A DNA stretch of 64,000 bases, from positions 310,001 to 374,000 of IMG/VR virus record IMGVR_UViG_3300050821_002957; one strand, given 5' to 3'. Numbering within the stretch: position 1 is the stretch's first letter; each line of letters begins with the position of its first letter. The translations under genes and the position numbers were made by a program. This document shows positions 27,124-36,551 of this stretch, one piece after another. A model generated the notes under the pieces. The model was not told where the DNA came from and ran no database searches. It worked only from the letters and a program-made list of their open reading frames with translations.

Positions 27124-29562
27124 ATGACGCCATCTGCCACACCGAAAGTCAATATTGAGGCTAAAAACCAATTGGCTCGCCTCTTGGCGTCTGAAAATAT
27201 TTGGATTCAACATCGCAAGGTCCCTACCGCCAGCTTTGATCTTGTCAACCGAGTGCTTACATTTCCAATTTGGAAGGCGATGAGCGATTCGTTGTACACG
27301 CTTTTGGCAGGACATGAAGTCGGTCATGCATTGTGGTCTGAAAAATCGAACGTCCTGGACATCGGAAAACGAATCGATCCACAAAATCCATATCTTGCCG
27401 CCATGTATTGGAACATCGTCGAAGATGCTCGTATTGAACGCATGATCAAGGAGTTGTATCCAGGATTGGTCCGCACTTTCGTCGAAGCGTACAAAGAATT
27501 GTTCGACAAAAATTTCTTCGGCACTGCTGGTCGCCGCCTCGATTCCTTTTCATTTGCGGATCGGATCAATCTTCATTTCAAAGTTGGCAATCATCTTGTT
27601 CTGGTCTTCGATCAACAAGAAGAAGTTTTCCTCGACAAAATTTCAAAAACGATCACGGCGGATGATGTCGTCGAAGTAGCAAAAGAACTTTACCAGTTCG
27701 CCAAGAATCAACAACTCCAGCCGCCGCCAATGAGCGATCTCGAAAAGATGATCGAGAAAATGAAGCAGCAGGCGCAGAAGCAACAAGGCCAGGGCGAAAG
27801 CGACGATAACGATAATGAAGACGAAGACGACGATGGATTTGGTCAGCAGCAGAACGTTCCGATTTTTAGTGAAGATGGCGAGGGCGAATCGAAGGACGAT
27901 CTTAACGTAGAGCCGTTTGATAAGGCGAAAAAAGACAAAAACGGAAAAGGCAAGGGTCAGAAACCTATCAAAGATCAAAACGCCGACAAAGAAAAAGGTG
28001 AAGGCGACAAAGATGGCGAAGGTAACGGAGACGACGATCAGAAAGATTCAGGAAAAGATGCGGATAAGGGTACTCCTGGAAAAGCAAAAGGACAGAAATC
28101 GTCTGGCTTGGGAGAAGACGGCGAAGGACAACAAGGCAAACTAGACAAAGGCAAAGCTGGTCAAGGCAAGAAACCAGGAACCGGCAAAGAAGCTCTAAAG
28201 CCGGTTGATCCAGGTCCACCACCGGAGCCGACCACTCAACGTGCCTTCGATGAAAAGTTGCTAGAATACAACGACAAAAATGCATTACCAGTTGAATACG
28301 TAACCGTCCCTAAACCAAATTTGAAAAACATTTTGGTCGATTTTGAAAAGGTTCACGCCGGTATTCGCAGTCACAATTGGACAATTTCCAGTCGTAATTA
28401 TTGGGATTCATCACCTGCTGCCATAAGTAACGAAGAGCATTTTGCCAAGGCCGAAAAAGCGTTCAGTGAATTCCGTGATTTGAACAAGCCGAAGATCGAT
28501 TATGTCTTCCAGCAATTTGAAATGAAGAAACAGGCCGACCGCTACAAGCGCACTCGACAACACAAGACGGGTTCAGTCGATCCGTTGCGTCTTTGGGCGT
28601 TCCGAACTGAAGAGGATCTTTTCAAATCCATCGCTGTCGTCACAGATGCCAAGAATCACGGTCTGATTTTCGTTGTTGATTGGTCGGCTTCCATGAGAAG
28701 TTCGATGGCTGGAACCATTGAACAAATGATCATGCTGTGTCTGTTCTGTCGGAAGGCAAACATCCCATTCGAGGTCTATGCTCTGACCACAGGAAGCAGA
28801 GGAGCATTCAGTCGAGAGCCGGGAAACTTGGTCTATGCTGACAATTTCAGAATGCGTTGTTACCTGTCATCCCGAATGACCACAGGACAATTTCATGCTG
28901 CCTGTATCAATCTGTTTGCCTTGATGCCAAATGGATCTTTCTCTGGTGGACCGACCGCCGACAATCTGATTGGCTGTACACCGTTGGACGAAGCCATCAT
29001 TACGACAATTGAAATCATGAAAGAGTTCCGTAATCGAACCCAAGCTCAGATCGTCAATGCGATTTTCATGACAGATGGTGATGCCAATACGGTCAGTGGA
29101 TACCTGAATGCTCAAGGCAGAAACTTACCAATGGATCATCAGACACGGTATCTGATCGACGACCGTCAGACGCACAAGGTCTATGATTTCGTCCAGCATG
29201 AAATGACACCGACGATGCTCAAGATTCTTCGGGATCGTCAGAACATCAATGTGGTTGGATTTTACATTGGTGGATCGTGGGAAGGATTTTTTCATGATCT
29301 TGACGATAAGGGACGTAAAGAAGTCGCCAAGAAATTCAAAGATGACGGATTCGTAATCGCTACGGCATGGGGATACAATGAACTGTACATTACTCATGCT
29401 GGGGAACAATGGAAAGTAAGAGAAAAGAAGCTCCGTCCACAAAAGATTCAGAAGGGCACCGACAAGTACGAAGAAGCCCTGAGCAAGAATTTTATCGATC
29501 AACAGAAATCGATAGTCAAGCAGCGTGTGATGTTGGATCGGTTTGTGAAGATGATCGCTTGA
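27124..29562 (+). CDS. CobT-like protein: HEXXH metallopeptidase-like N-terminus, low-complexity linker, vWA domain
   Basis: LARLLASEN, GHEVGH, NIVEDARIE, DWSASM, TPLDEA, FMTDGDA. Confidence 0.85.
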   Translation: MTPSATPKVNIEAKNQLARLLASENIWIQHRKVPTASFDLVNRVLTFPIWKAMSDSLYTLLAGHEVGHALWSEKSNVLDIGKRIDPQNPYLAAMYWNIVEDARIERMIKELYPGLVRTFVEAYKELFDKNFFGTAGRRLDSFSFADRINLHFKVGNHLVLVFDQQEEVFLDKISKTITADDVVEVAKELYQFAKNQQLQPPPMSDLEKMIEKMKQQAQKQQGQGESDDNDNEDEDDDGFGQQQNVPIFSEDGEGESKDDLNVEPFDKAKKDKNGKGKGQKPIKDQNADKEKGEGDKDGEGNGDDDQKDSGKDADKGTPGKAKGQKSSGLGEDGEGQQGKLDKGKAGQGKKPGTGKEALKPVDPGPPPEPTTQRAFDEKLLEYNDKNALPVEYVTVPKPNLKNILVDFEKVHAGIRSHNWTISSRNYWDSSPAAISNEEHFAKAEKAFSEFRDLNKPKIDYVFQQFEMKKQADRYKRTRQHKTGSVDPLRLWAFRTEEDLFKSIAVVTDAKNHGLIFVVDWSASMRSSMAGTIEQMIMLCLFCRKANIPFEVYALTTGSRGAFSREPGNLVYADNFRMRCYLSSRMTTGQFHAACINLFALMPNGSFSGGPTADNLIGCTPLDEAIITTIEIMKEFRNRTQAQIVNAIFMTDGDANTVSGYLNAQGRNLPMDHQTRYLIDDRQTHKVYDFVQHEMTPTMLKILRDRQNINVVGFYIGGSWEGFFHDLDDKGRKEVAKKFKDDGFVIATAWGYNELYITHAGEQWKVREKKLRPQKIQKGTDKYEEALSKNFIDQQKSIVKQRVMLDRFVKMIA

Positions 29563-29592
29563 TTAGATGCAACATTGGTGGTACGATGAGTT

Positions 29593-30810
29593 GTGCCACA
29601 ATTTAATCGAGAACAACTCGTTTTTGTGAAAGCCTTTTATGCGGCTCATGGTAATGCAGAGACCGTCACACGAAAACAGATTCAAGATTTGGTTGCAGCA
29701 GGAGCGCCTGATCCTTTGTGGCTCTGGCGAGGAAAAGAATATCGTGTGGGCGGTGGCGTCTACCGGATACCAGGGGAGATATTAGACTACGTGAAGGCAC
29801 AAAAAGCAATGGCGGCAACAAACCTCGTGACGATGGATGGTGTCGAAGATCTCGGTACAACAAACATTAACACTGACGACATCAAAATTGACAGCAACTA
29901 TGCGGCGTTCATTCCGTGGGAAGATCCGTTGTACGTTCCGTTCGGCAACTATTTTGATGTCGAAACGATTACCGAGAGTGGCGACTTCTTTCCTTACTGG
30001 ATTTATGGTCACTCTGGCAACGGCAAAACTCTTTCCATTGAGCAGTCCCACGCACGCCTGAAAAAGAAGCTGGTCAACGTTCCGATCACTCGTGAGGCCG
30101 ACGAGGATTCGTTGCTTGGTGGTTTACGCATCGTAGACGGCAGCACTGTGCCCTTCTGGGGTCCAGTTACCCTGGCTGCTCTGATCGGCTGTACTGTGCT
30201 CCTGGATGAAACTGATCTTGGTGACGAAAAGCTGATGTGTTTGCAGACGCCGCTTCAGAATCGTCCCTTCCTCATCAAGAGACTGGGAAAGGTCATTGTG
30301 CCTAAACCAGGGTTCAACATTTGCGCTACGGCCAATACAAAGGGTCAGGGCAGCAATGACGGCAAATACATCGGTACGAACATCATGAATGAAGCGATGC
30401 TTGACCGATACATTACGGTGTTTGAGCAGGACTACCCTGGTGCAGACGTAGAAAAGCAGATCATGTACAAGCTGCTGGACTCTTACAAAATGCGGTCGGG
30501 AAAAGAAGAACAGTTTGTAGATCGACTGTTGAAGTGGGCCGAAAAAGTTCGTGTAGCTAGAAAAGAAGAAGCTGTCGATGAAGTGATTACGACTCGGCGA
30601 CTAGTCCACATTGTTCGCAGCTACAAGATGTTCGGTAAAGATCGTAAGAAGGCCATTGAACGTTGCATTGCTCGCTTTAATGTGACTACCAAAGCTGCTT
30701 TTATGGATTACTACAAGGCTATCGACGAAAATTTGGATACCAAGGAAAAAGAAGAGCAGCGAATTGCCGCAGCATTGCAGACCGGCGAGGACCCTGAAAC
30801 GAGCTTCTAA
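29593..30810 (+). CDS. CobS/MoxR-like AAA+ ATPase
   Basis: GHSGNGKT, LLDETD, ATANTKGQG, NEAMLDR, ITTRRLVHI. Confidence 0.9.
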   Translation: MPQFNREQLVFVKAFYAAHGNAETVTRKQIQDLVAAGAPDPLWLWRGKEYRVGGGVYRIPGEILDYVKAQKAMAATNLVTMDGVEDLGTTNINTDDIKIDSNYAAFIPWEDPLYVPFGNYFDVETITESGDFFPYWIYGHSGNGKTLSIEQSHARLKKKLVNVPITREADEDSLLGGLRIVDGSTVPFWGPVTLAALIGCTVLLDETDLGDEKLMCLQTPLQNRPFLIKRLGKVIVPKPGFNICATANTKGQGSNDGKYIGTNIMNEAMLDRYITVFEQDYPGADVEKQIMYKLLDSYKMRSGKEEQFVDRLLKWAEKVRVARKEEAVDEVITTRRLVHIVRSYKMFGKDRKKAIERCIARFNVTTKAAFMDYYKAIDENLDTKEKEEQRIAAALQTGEDPETSF

Positions 30811-31101
30811 ATGAAGTGGGAACAAATCAAGCCGAAGAATAAGCACGTCCGATTAGGGGTAACTCTCCTGTTAGGACTACTGTATTATTCAGGATTCATG
30901 GGTGTCTTAGTGTGGGTCGATCCTACCAAGACACCCCAATGGATTCTCAACATAGTAGGTTTCGGTCTGTTCATTTCTATGATCCCATTTTTTTGCTTTT
31001 TGGATTGGTTCAACGATTTTGTAGCATTCAAGGATGCCTGTCCTAACGGCAAAGTTCCCGAGACATTCCGGGAATGGCTCTTTCCACCCCGCAAAAGTTG
31101 A
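30811..31101 (+). CDS. Small membrane protein
   Basis: Two hydrophobic helices. Confidence 0.6.
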   Translation: MKWEQIKPKNKHVRLGVTLLLGLLYYSGFMGVLVWVDPTKTPQWILNIVGFGLFISMIPFFCFLDWFNDFVAFKDACPNGKVPETFREWLFPPRKS

Positions 31102-31173
31102 CAGATTTCAGTTCAGCGGTAAGCTAGTCATGTACCCCGCAAGACCCAGAAAGGTCGTGCTACATGAACTAGA

Positions 31174-31614
31174 ATGAGCGAACCAAGAAACCAACTTTCA
31201 GCTACAGAACAACCTGATCCAATATTCAATGATCGCCCTGCGGTGTGGGAATTGATCATTGCCGATGTCGATCACAATAGATTTGAAGAACGTCCTGAAA
31301 ACGCTAATCTCTTTGGCACCCCTGACAACTTAAATATCAGCGGACAAAAAGTCAAGGCCATCCGTGAAGGTCTTCTCAAAGACATGAGAGATCGTGATGC
31401 CTGGGGCCGGGAGAAATACAAAGTTCCTCTCCAGCCATTTAATGGTAGAGATGCCCTTGTCGATCTCTATCAAGAATTTCTAGATGCAACTGCATACACG
31501 ATGCAGTATCGCCTGGAAAATCCACAGGACCCCACCTTTGAAGAAATTTACAAGTCACTCTTGTCTCAATTGAACTTTATTAAGGGACAGTTGTTTGGTC
31601 GTGACGGACGATGA
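31174..31614 (+). CDS. Hypothetical protein, all-alpha NTP-pyrophosphatase-like
   Basis: R...G.EKY..PL...NGRDAL.D.YQE.LD...Y. Confidence 0.55.
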   Translation: MSEPRNQLSATEQPDPIFNDRPAVWELIIADVDHNRFEERPENANLFGTPDNLNISGQKVKAIREGLLKDMRDRDAWGREKYKVPLQPFNGRDALVDLYQEFLDATAYTMQYRLENPQDPTFEEIYKSLLSQLNFIKGQLFGRDGR

Positions 31615-32031
31615 TTTTAAATATTCAATCGCCTTTTCGAGTAATCCATGATCGTCTTGAAAGAATCCGAGTGCCTTATTACAGGCTTTGCAGAGTAGCC
31701 CACGAACAACGCCAGTTCGATGGTCATGATCCACATCAAGAGACGTTTCATTTAAACAAATCTTACATTGGTTGTTTTGAGCCTTTAAGAGCACAAGGTA
31801 ATCTTCGTAGGAAAATTCGACAATGCCATGACGTTGCCACACTCGCTCTCGATATCTTTTGGGATTGTTGGTTCGTTGTTTCTTACTTTCGATTGAAACA
31901 TATTCTTTGTTGGCTTCGTACCACTGTTTCAAATATTGTGCTCGTTTTTCTTTACTCTGTTTTGTCTGTCGCCAAAGCCGCAAGTAATCAGGATGGCTAC
32001 GTGGCGGCATATCAAAATACTTTTTGTTCAT
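31555..32031 (-). mobile_element. Endonuclease VII-like homing endonuclease (antisense insertion before gp45)
   Basis: QNNQCKIC...LDVDHDHRTGVVRGLLCKACNKALG. Confidence 0.85.
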
Positions 32032-32055
32032 ACTCTATATAGGATTCAAAATATC

Positions 32056-32754
32056 ATGCAGATTTCTAATGAAACTTTGGTTATACTAAAAAATTTCGCT
32101 TCCATCGAAAAGAAAATGGAATTCAATCCTGGGCATACGCTCCGCACTCGTACTGGCTCAGTGTTCGTCGAAGCTAAAGTAGCCGAAGAGTTTCCTGATC
32201 CTAAGTCAGTCAATCGCTCTGAATTTGGCGTCTATGACATCAGCAATTTGCTCAATGTTCTCTCTCTGTTCGATGAGCCAGACATTGAATTTGGTGAGAC
32301 AAGTTTGATCATTACTTCGGCGAACGGCACGCATGAAGGGCGCTATGGCTACGCAGGACAAGGATCTCTCGGCCTACTCAAGTTTCCAAAGAAGATGCAT
32401 CCCTTACCGGAGGAAGTGATTGAGTTCACTCTGCCTGAAGAACAGTTGGTAAAACTTCAGAAGGCTGTCTCGTACATGGAGAAGCCGGAAATGAAAGTTA
32501 CGTCAGACGGAAAGGTTGTCAAAATTGGCACCGGCAACCACAAGAACGAAAACAGCAATTCATTTTCGATGGTGTTCGATGCAGAGCCGAACAAATTGAA
32601 ATGCAACATGTGGGTCGCCAAGGAACACCTGATCATGATGAAAGGATCATATAAAGGCTGGATTACGCCGACTTACATCATGCTCAAGAACACCAGTGGC
32701 TATGACTTGACTTACTACGTAGGAGTCGAACCGAACAGCACCTTTGGAAAATAA
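32056..32754 (+). CDS. gp45: Sliding clamp gp45
   Basis: MQISNETLVILKNFASI, FGVYDISNLLNVLSLF. Confidence 0.9.
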   Translation: MQISNETLVILKNFASIEKKMEFNPGHTLRTRTGSVFVEAKVAEEFPDPKSVNRSEFGVYDISNLLNVLSLFDEPDIEFGETSLIITSANGTHEGRYGYAGQGSLGLLKFPKKMHPLPEEVIEFTLPEEQLVKLQKAVSYMEKPEMKVTSDGKVVKIGTGNHKNENSNSFSMVFDAEPNKLKCNMWVAKEHLIMMKGSYKGWITPTYIMLKNTSGYDLTYYVGVEPNSTFGK

Positions 32755-32949
32755 ATGACACCAGAATTATTGGCGAACAAATCTGTACTGTACCTATTTC
32801 ATGGTATCTGTCTTGCAATGTTGCTGGGTGGAACGTACATGTTGGTCCATAGTGGTAATTGGGCAATCTGCGGTGGCGTCTGGTTGTTGATCATTGGAAA
32901 TAACATGTCCAACTGGCTGCGTAATGTCGAAGAAGACGAAGAAAGATGA
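32755..32949 (+). CDS. Small membrane protein
   Basis: Hydrophobic ORF between gp45 and gp44. Confidence 0.55.
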   Translation: MTPELLANKSVLYLFHGICLAMLLGGTYMLVHSGNWAICGGVWLLIIGNNMSNWLRNVEEDEER

Positions 32950-32973
32950 GTGCAATGAGGATTGGGACGATTA

Positions 32974-33948
32974 ATGGCTGAACACGTAATTTGGGTAGAG
33001 AAGTACCGCCCACATAAAATCTCGGATTGTGTCCTCCCGGAAAACATCAAGGAAACCTTTGCACAAATAGTTAAGCAAGGTCTCATTCCAAATTTGATCC
33101 TGACCGGCAAGGCAGGCGGCGGCAAGACCACAGCAGCTAGGGCTATTTGCGACGAGCTTAATGTCGAAAGCATCTTGATCAATGCATCCGAGAACGGTAA
33201 CATCGACACTCTTCGCAATGAGATTCGAGAGTTTGCATCGACCGAAAGTTTTTTACGAGATTTGGACGCTGATGACAATAGTAGTGTAAAGCGCAAAGTA
33301 GTCATCCTCGACGAAGCAGACCATCTCAATCCTAACTCGACACAACCGGCACTTCGTAGCTTTATTGAAGAGTTTGCCTCGAATGTCAGTTTCATTTTCA
33401 CTTGCAATTCGTTGGGTAAGATCATTCAGCCGTTGCATTCAAGAACATCGGTCATCGAATACAATATTCCGAATGGTGAAAAGGCTACATTGCAGGGTCA
33501 GTTTTACAAGCGTCTGAAATTTATTCTGGATACCGAGAATGTTGAATTTGATCCGAATGTCGTCAAGGCGCTTGTGGTCAAGTTCTGGCCTGATTTCCGG
33601 CGCACCATTAATGAACTACAGCGCTACTCTTTGTCTGGGAAGATTGACGAAGGGATTTTGGCTCAAGTTCGTGATGTTCCTTTGTCGGAATTGATCAAGG
33701 CGCTTAAGGATAAAGATTTTCAGTCGATGCGGAAGTGGTGTGCAGTCCATCACGATTCAGATTCAGTAAAGATCATTAGGAAATTGTACGAAGTGCTGTA
33801 CGAGGTCTTCAACAAAAATTCGATACCAGATGTAGTAATTCTGATGGGTAGGTATCAGTATCAGGCTGCTTTTGTGAACGACCATGAATTGCATCTCGTG
33901 GCCTTTCTTACAGAGTTAATGTACGGAGATGCAATCCAGGAAGCATAG
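32974..33948 (+). CDS. gp44: Clamp loader large subunit gp44
   Basis: WVEKYRP, GKAGGGKTT, ILDEAD, PLHSR, PDFRRTINELQRY. Confidence 0.95.
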   Translation: MAEHVIWVEKYRPHKISDCVLPENIKETFAQIVKQGLIPNLILTGKAGGGKTTAARAICDELNVESILINASENGNIDTLRNEIREFASTESFLRDLDADDNSSVKRKVVILDEADHLNPNSTQPALRSFIEEFASNVSFIFTCNSLGKIIQPLHSRTSVIEYNIPNGEKATLQGQFYKRLKFILDTENVEFDPNVVKALVVKFWPDFRRTINELQRYSLSGKIDEGILAQVRDVPLSELIKALKDKDFQSMRKWCAVHHDSDSVKIIRKLYEVLYEVFNKNSIPDVVILMGRYQYQAAFVNDHELHLVAFLTELMYGDAIQEA

Positions 33949-33950
33949 CA

Positions 33951-34307
33951 ATGGAATTCAGACAAGGTGATCGTGTAGAAATTTTGAAGGGCAAAAGGCA
34001 GGGCCAAATTGCCAAGGTGACTGAGGTTCAGGGTACAGAGAGAGTTCTTGTCGAATTTGAAGGTGGAAAATATGAAGTCTCTTACCTGAAAGAAGATGTC
34101 GTTCTAAGAACCAAGGCATCAAAGATTAATCCGCTGGTAGAAGATGGAACGGTCGGCTGCACTCCATTTCAGGTAACCGGCGACAAAAAGCTCCGGTTGG
34201 TTGCACATCTCGTCAAACAAGGAAAATTGTGTCCGAGTTGGCCTTATTCTTGTTCCGGCGAATGTGAATCATCAAAGGAAGAAAAAGCAAGAGGACAAGC
34301 AAAATGA
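33951..34307 (+). CDS. KOW-motif protein
   Basis: FRQGDRVEILKGKRQGQIAKV. Confidence 0.6.
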   Translation: MEFRQGDRVEILKGKRQGQIAKVTEVQGTERVLVEFEGGKYEVSYLKEDVVLRTKASKINPLVEDGTVGCTPFQVTGDKKLRLVAHLVKQGKLCPSWPYSCSGECESSKEEKARGQAK

Positions 34308-34510
34308 AAAAGTGGGATGTAAAGATGATCAGCGTTGGTGCTAACACTGATGTCGAAGCAGAATTGAAAGCAGAGGGACAGAATGGCTGGAGGTTCGCAC
34401 ACGCACTCCAGACACCATTCGGAGTCAAGTTCGTTCTAGAGCGCCAGTTAGACGAAGAAGTCGAAGTCGTTTCAAAAGACGATGAACTGGCAAAGAAGTT
34501 TGGGATCTAA
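34304..34510 (+). CDS. DUF4177-like small protein
   Basis: LKAEGQNGWRF...LER. Confidence 0.55.
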   Translation: MKKWDVKMISVGANTDVEAELKAEGQNGWRFAHALQTPFGVKFVLERQLDEEVEVVSKDDELAKKFGI

Positions 34511-34511
34511 T

Positions 34512-34826
34512 ATGTACACAGAAAAAATGGTAAGGACTAACGAATGGTCAAATACTGATCGTATTCCTCGGGAAGATGTCTACAAGGTCATCGACGGGGA
34601 ACGAGAGTATCAAGAGAACCTTCCCGGCAACCGTAGCGAGAATCCAAAGCGTATTCGTGCGGTCAGCGAGTACCTGACGATGCTTGATCACTACGTGCGT
34701 CATGCTCAAGACTCCTGGACCACACGAGCCGGAATCGAAGATCCTCTGAATGACATGAGAAAGATTGCGGCGCTGGCTATTCGTTGCATGGAAGAGTGGG
34801 GCGCAATTCCAAGAGAGTTCAAATGA
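34512..34826 (+). CDS. Hypothetical protein (paralog A)
   Basis: REDVYKVIDGER.YQ...RKIAALAIRCME..GA.PR. Confidence 0.7.
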   Translation: MYTEKMVRTNEWSNTDRIPREDVYKVIDGEREYQENLPGNRSENPKRIRAVSEYLTMLDHYVRHAQDSWTTRAGIEDPLNDMRKIAALAIRCMEEWGAIPREFK

Positions 34827-35122
34827 CCAGGGAAGATGTCTACAAATTGATCGATGGTGAGCGGATCTATCTGGATTCTCTTACACTCGCCTGCGAAGAA
34901 GCCTCAAGTGATCCAATGTCGCTACTTGTGGGTCATCAGTACAGCATTGCTGAAGAAGCCATGATGATTCAATATTTCTCTTCGCTCATACCGGCAATTT
35001 TCTATAAGACTGCTGGTTATGATGAAACTTTGGCTCTCATTCGGCAAGTGGCTGCTCTTTGTGTCCGTTGCATGGAAACCCACGGCGCACCAGCACGTCA
35101 AAACAAGACTATTGAGGACTAA
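34823..35122 (+). CDS. Hypothetical protein (paralog B)
   Basis: REDVYKLIDGER.YL...RQVAALCVRCMETHGAPAR. Confidence 0.7.
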   Translation: MTREDVYKLIDGERIYLDSLTLACEEASSDPMSLLVGHQYSIAEEAMMIQYFSSLIPAIFYKTAGYDETLALIRQVAALCVRCMETHGAPARQNKTIED

Positions 35123-35529
35123 TGGCAGCATCCAAACTCGGCGACTACCTCACGAGCATCAACAGGTCGAAAGTCAATGTAATGCGGGACCCGAATGCAG
35201 AGCCTCAGGTAATTACAGGATATCCCGCATTCATGATCCGGCGTCTGATGAGTTATCACATGGACACCGTTTTGTTGGCGAATGAGATGAATTTGTTACC
35301 TCATCTTGACAACCAAATGCAATATGAATTTTTGCTTCATTCGGTTCCAAAGAAGAATCGATACGCCACTACTCACAAAGTTCAAAACCCAGATTCGGTC
35401 GAACTTATAAAAGAATACTACAAGTACTCTGATGAGAAAGCACTTGAGGTCGTTGGTCTACATACTCCTGATGACTTTGCTCGAATGAAGGAGCATCTGT
35501 CTGAAGGTGGACTCGTCCGTGAAAAATAA
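35122..35529 (+). CDS. gp62: Clamp loader small subunit gp62
   Basis: YLTSIN, YPAFMIRRLMSY..DTVLLANEMN, QYEFL, IKEYYKYS.EKA. Confidence 0.9.
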   Translation: MAASKLGDYLTSINRSKVNVMRDPNAEPQVITGYPAFMIRRLMSYHMDTVLLANEMNLLPHLDNQMQYEFLLHSVPKKNRYATTHKVQNPDSVELIKEYYKYSDEKALEVVGLHTPDDFARMKEHLSEGGLVREK

Positions 35530-36010
35530 TCACCTTGAGGATTTGGTAGAAATCGTCCTCACGAAACCTGACAATTTTTTGATCCTGAAAGAGACGTTGA
35601 CCAGAATTGGTGTCTCAAACAAAGAAGGCAACAAGTTATATCAGACGTGCCACATTCTTTGTAAGAAAAAGAAATATTTTATCGTCCACTTCAAAGAGCT
35701 TTTCATGCTCGATGGGCGTCCTTCCAATTTGACAGTGACCGATGTGGCTCGCCGGAACAGCATTATTAATTATCTCCAGGATCGCAAATTTTTTACGTTG
35801 GCCGATCCTGAAGTAAAGGTGATGGAGCCGTCACTTCCCAGGAATGAATCGAGCGACGATTTTACGATCATCCCGCACAATGAAAAGAAAAAATGGGAAT
35901 TGATTCCGAAGTACACCATCGGCAATCCGGCGAACAAACGCAAACCATCGGCCCGTCGAAAACCAAATGCTGCTGTTGCTACGGCGAACACTTCTGAAGT
36001 TTCTAGTTGA
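35507..36010 (+). CDS. regA: Translational repressor RegA
   Basis: PDNFLILKETLTRIGV, LYQTCHIL, YFIVHFKELFMLDG, W.L.PKYTIG. Confidence 0.93.
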   Translation: MDSSVKNNHLEDLVEIVLTKPDNFLILKETLTRIGVSNKEGNKLYQTCHILCKKKKYFIVHFKELFMLDGRPSNLTVTDVARRNSIINYLQDRKFFTLADPEVKVMEPSLPRNESSDDFTIIPHNEKKKWELIPKYTIGNPANKRKPSARRKPNAAVATANTSEVSS

Positions 36011-36057
36011 CAGAAGTCAAGAGAAATGTTACCTTAGTCCTTAGGAGAACTCTTCTT

Positions 36058-36453
36058 ATGAGACTCACATATCGTGGTAAGGTATACAGGATCGGCTTCA
36101 AGCACGGCCAGGAAACAAACGAAATTCCAGGTCACGGTCCAACCGCTCAGGACTTCACAATTGCAACTATTCGCACTGGTGAGCGTGAGACGGACACAAA
36201 GGCAACAGCAGACGACAGCAACATTCTCGCAACGGCAAAGGTTCATAGGTTCCATCGTGACGAGCATTCGCATGAGGCAGCACGCAAGGCAGCACTCAAG
36301 GCTGCGCTGAAGTCGGTCAAGACGACTCACAACTTCCGTGAGGCAATCTGGAAGACCTATCATAGCCGTCCCGGTGGCATTTCTGCTTCACAGGTCGGCG
36401 GCGGTGGTGGTGGCGGCATTCCGACCACTGTTACGGCCAACGCAGTCAGCTAA
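36058..36453 (+). CDS. Hypothetical basic protein
   Basis: Own promoter (TTGACA 36007), AGGAG SD and terminator. Confidence 0.7.
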   Translation: MRLTYRGKVYRIGFKHGQETNEIPGHGPTAQDFTIATIRTGERETDTKATADDSNILATAKVHRFHRDEHSHEAARKAALKAALKSVKTTHNFREAIWKTYHSRPGGISASQVGGGGGGGIPTTVTANAVS

Positions 36454-36475
36454 ATCATTGACCGTCAAGCATATA

Positions 36476-36505
36476 AGGGCCAGGGAGAAATCCTTGGCCT
36501 TTTTC
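36476..36505 (+). terminator. Rho-independent terminator
   Basis: GGCCAGGG-AGAAAT-CCTTGGCC-TTTTT. Confidence 0.8.
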
Positions 36506-36515
36506 ATTTCTGCCC

Positions 36516-36545
36516 TTGACATTAGATGTATCTAAATGCTAAGAT
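36516..36545 (+). promoter_or_regulatory. Sigma70-type leaderless promoter with perfect TAGATGTATCTA box in spacer
   Basis: TTGACA-N18-TAAGAT, ATG 6 nt downstream. Confidence 0.75.
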
Positions 36546-36551
36546 TGGTTT

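Noticed and set aside
27124-30810. CobT/CobS pair as cobalamin-synthesis auxiliary genes
   Set aside because: MoxR AAA+/vWA pair is common in T4-like phages; no other cob genes present
31611-32042. Plus-strand 143-aa ORF and long gp45 N-terminal extension
   Set aside because: Antisense to the EndoVII gene; gp45 homology begins at ATG 32056
32799-33425. 208-aa minus ORF
   Set aside because: Antisense shadow of gp44
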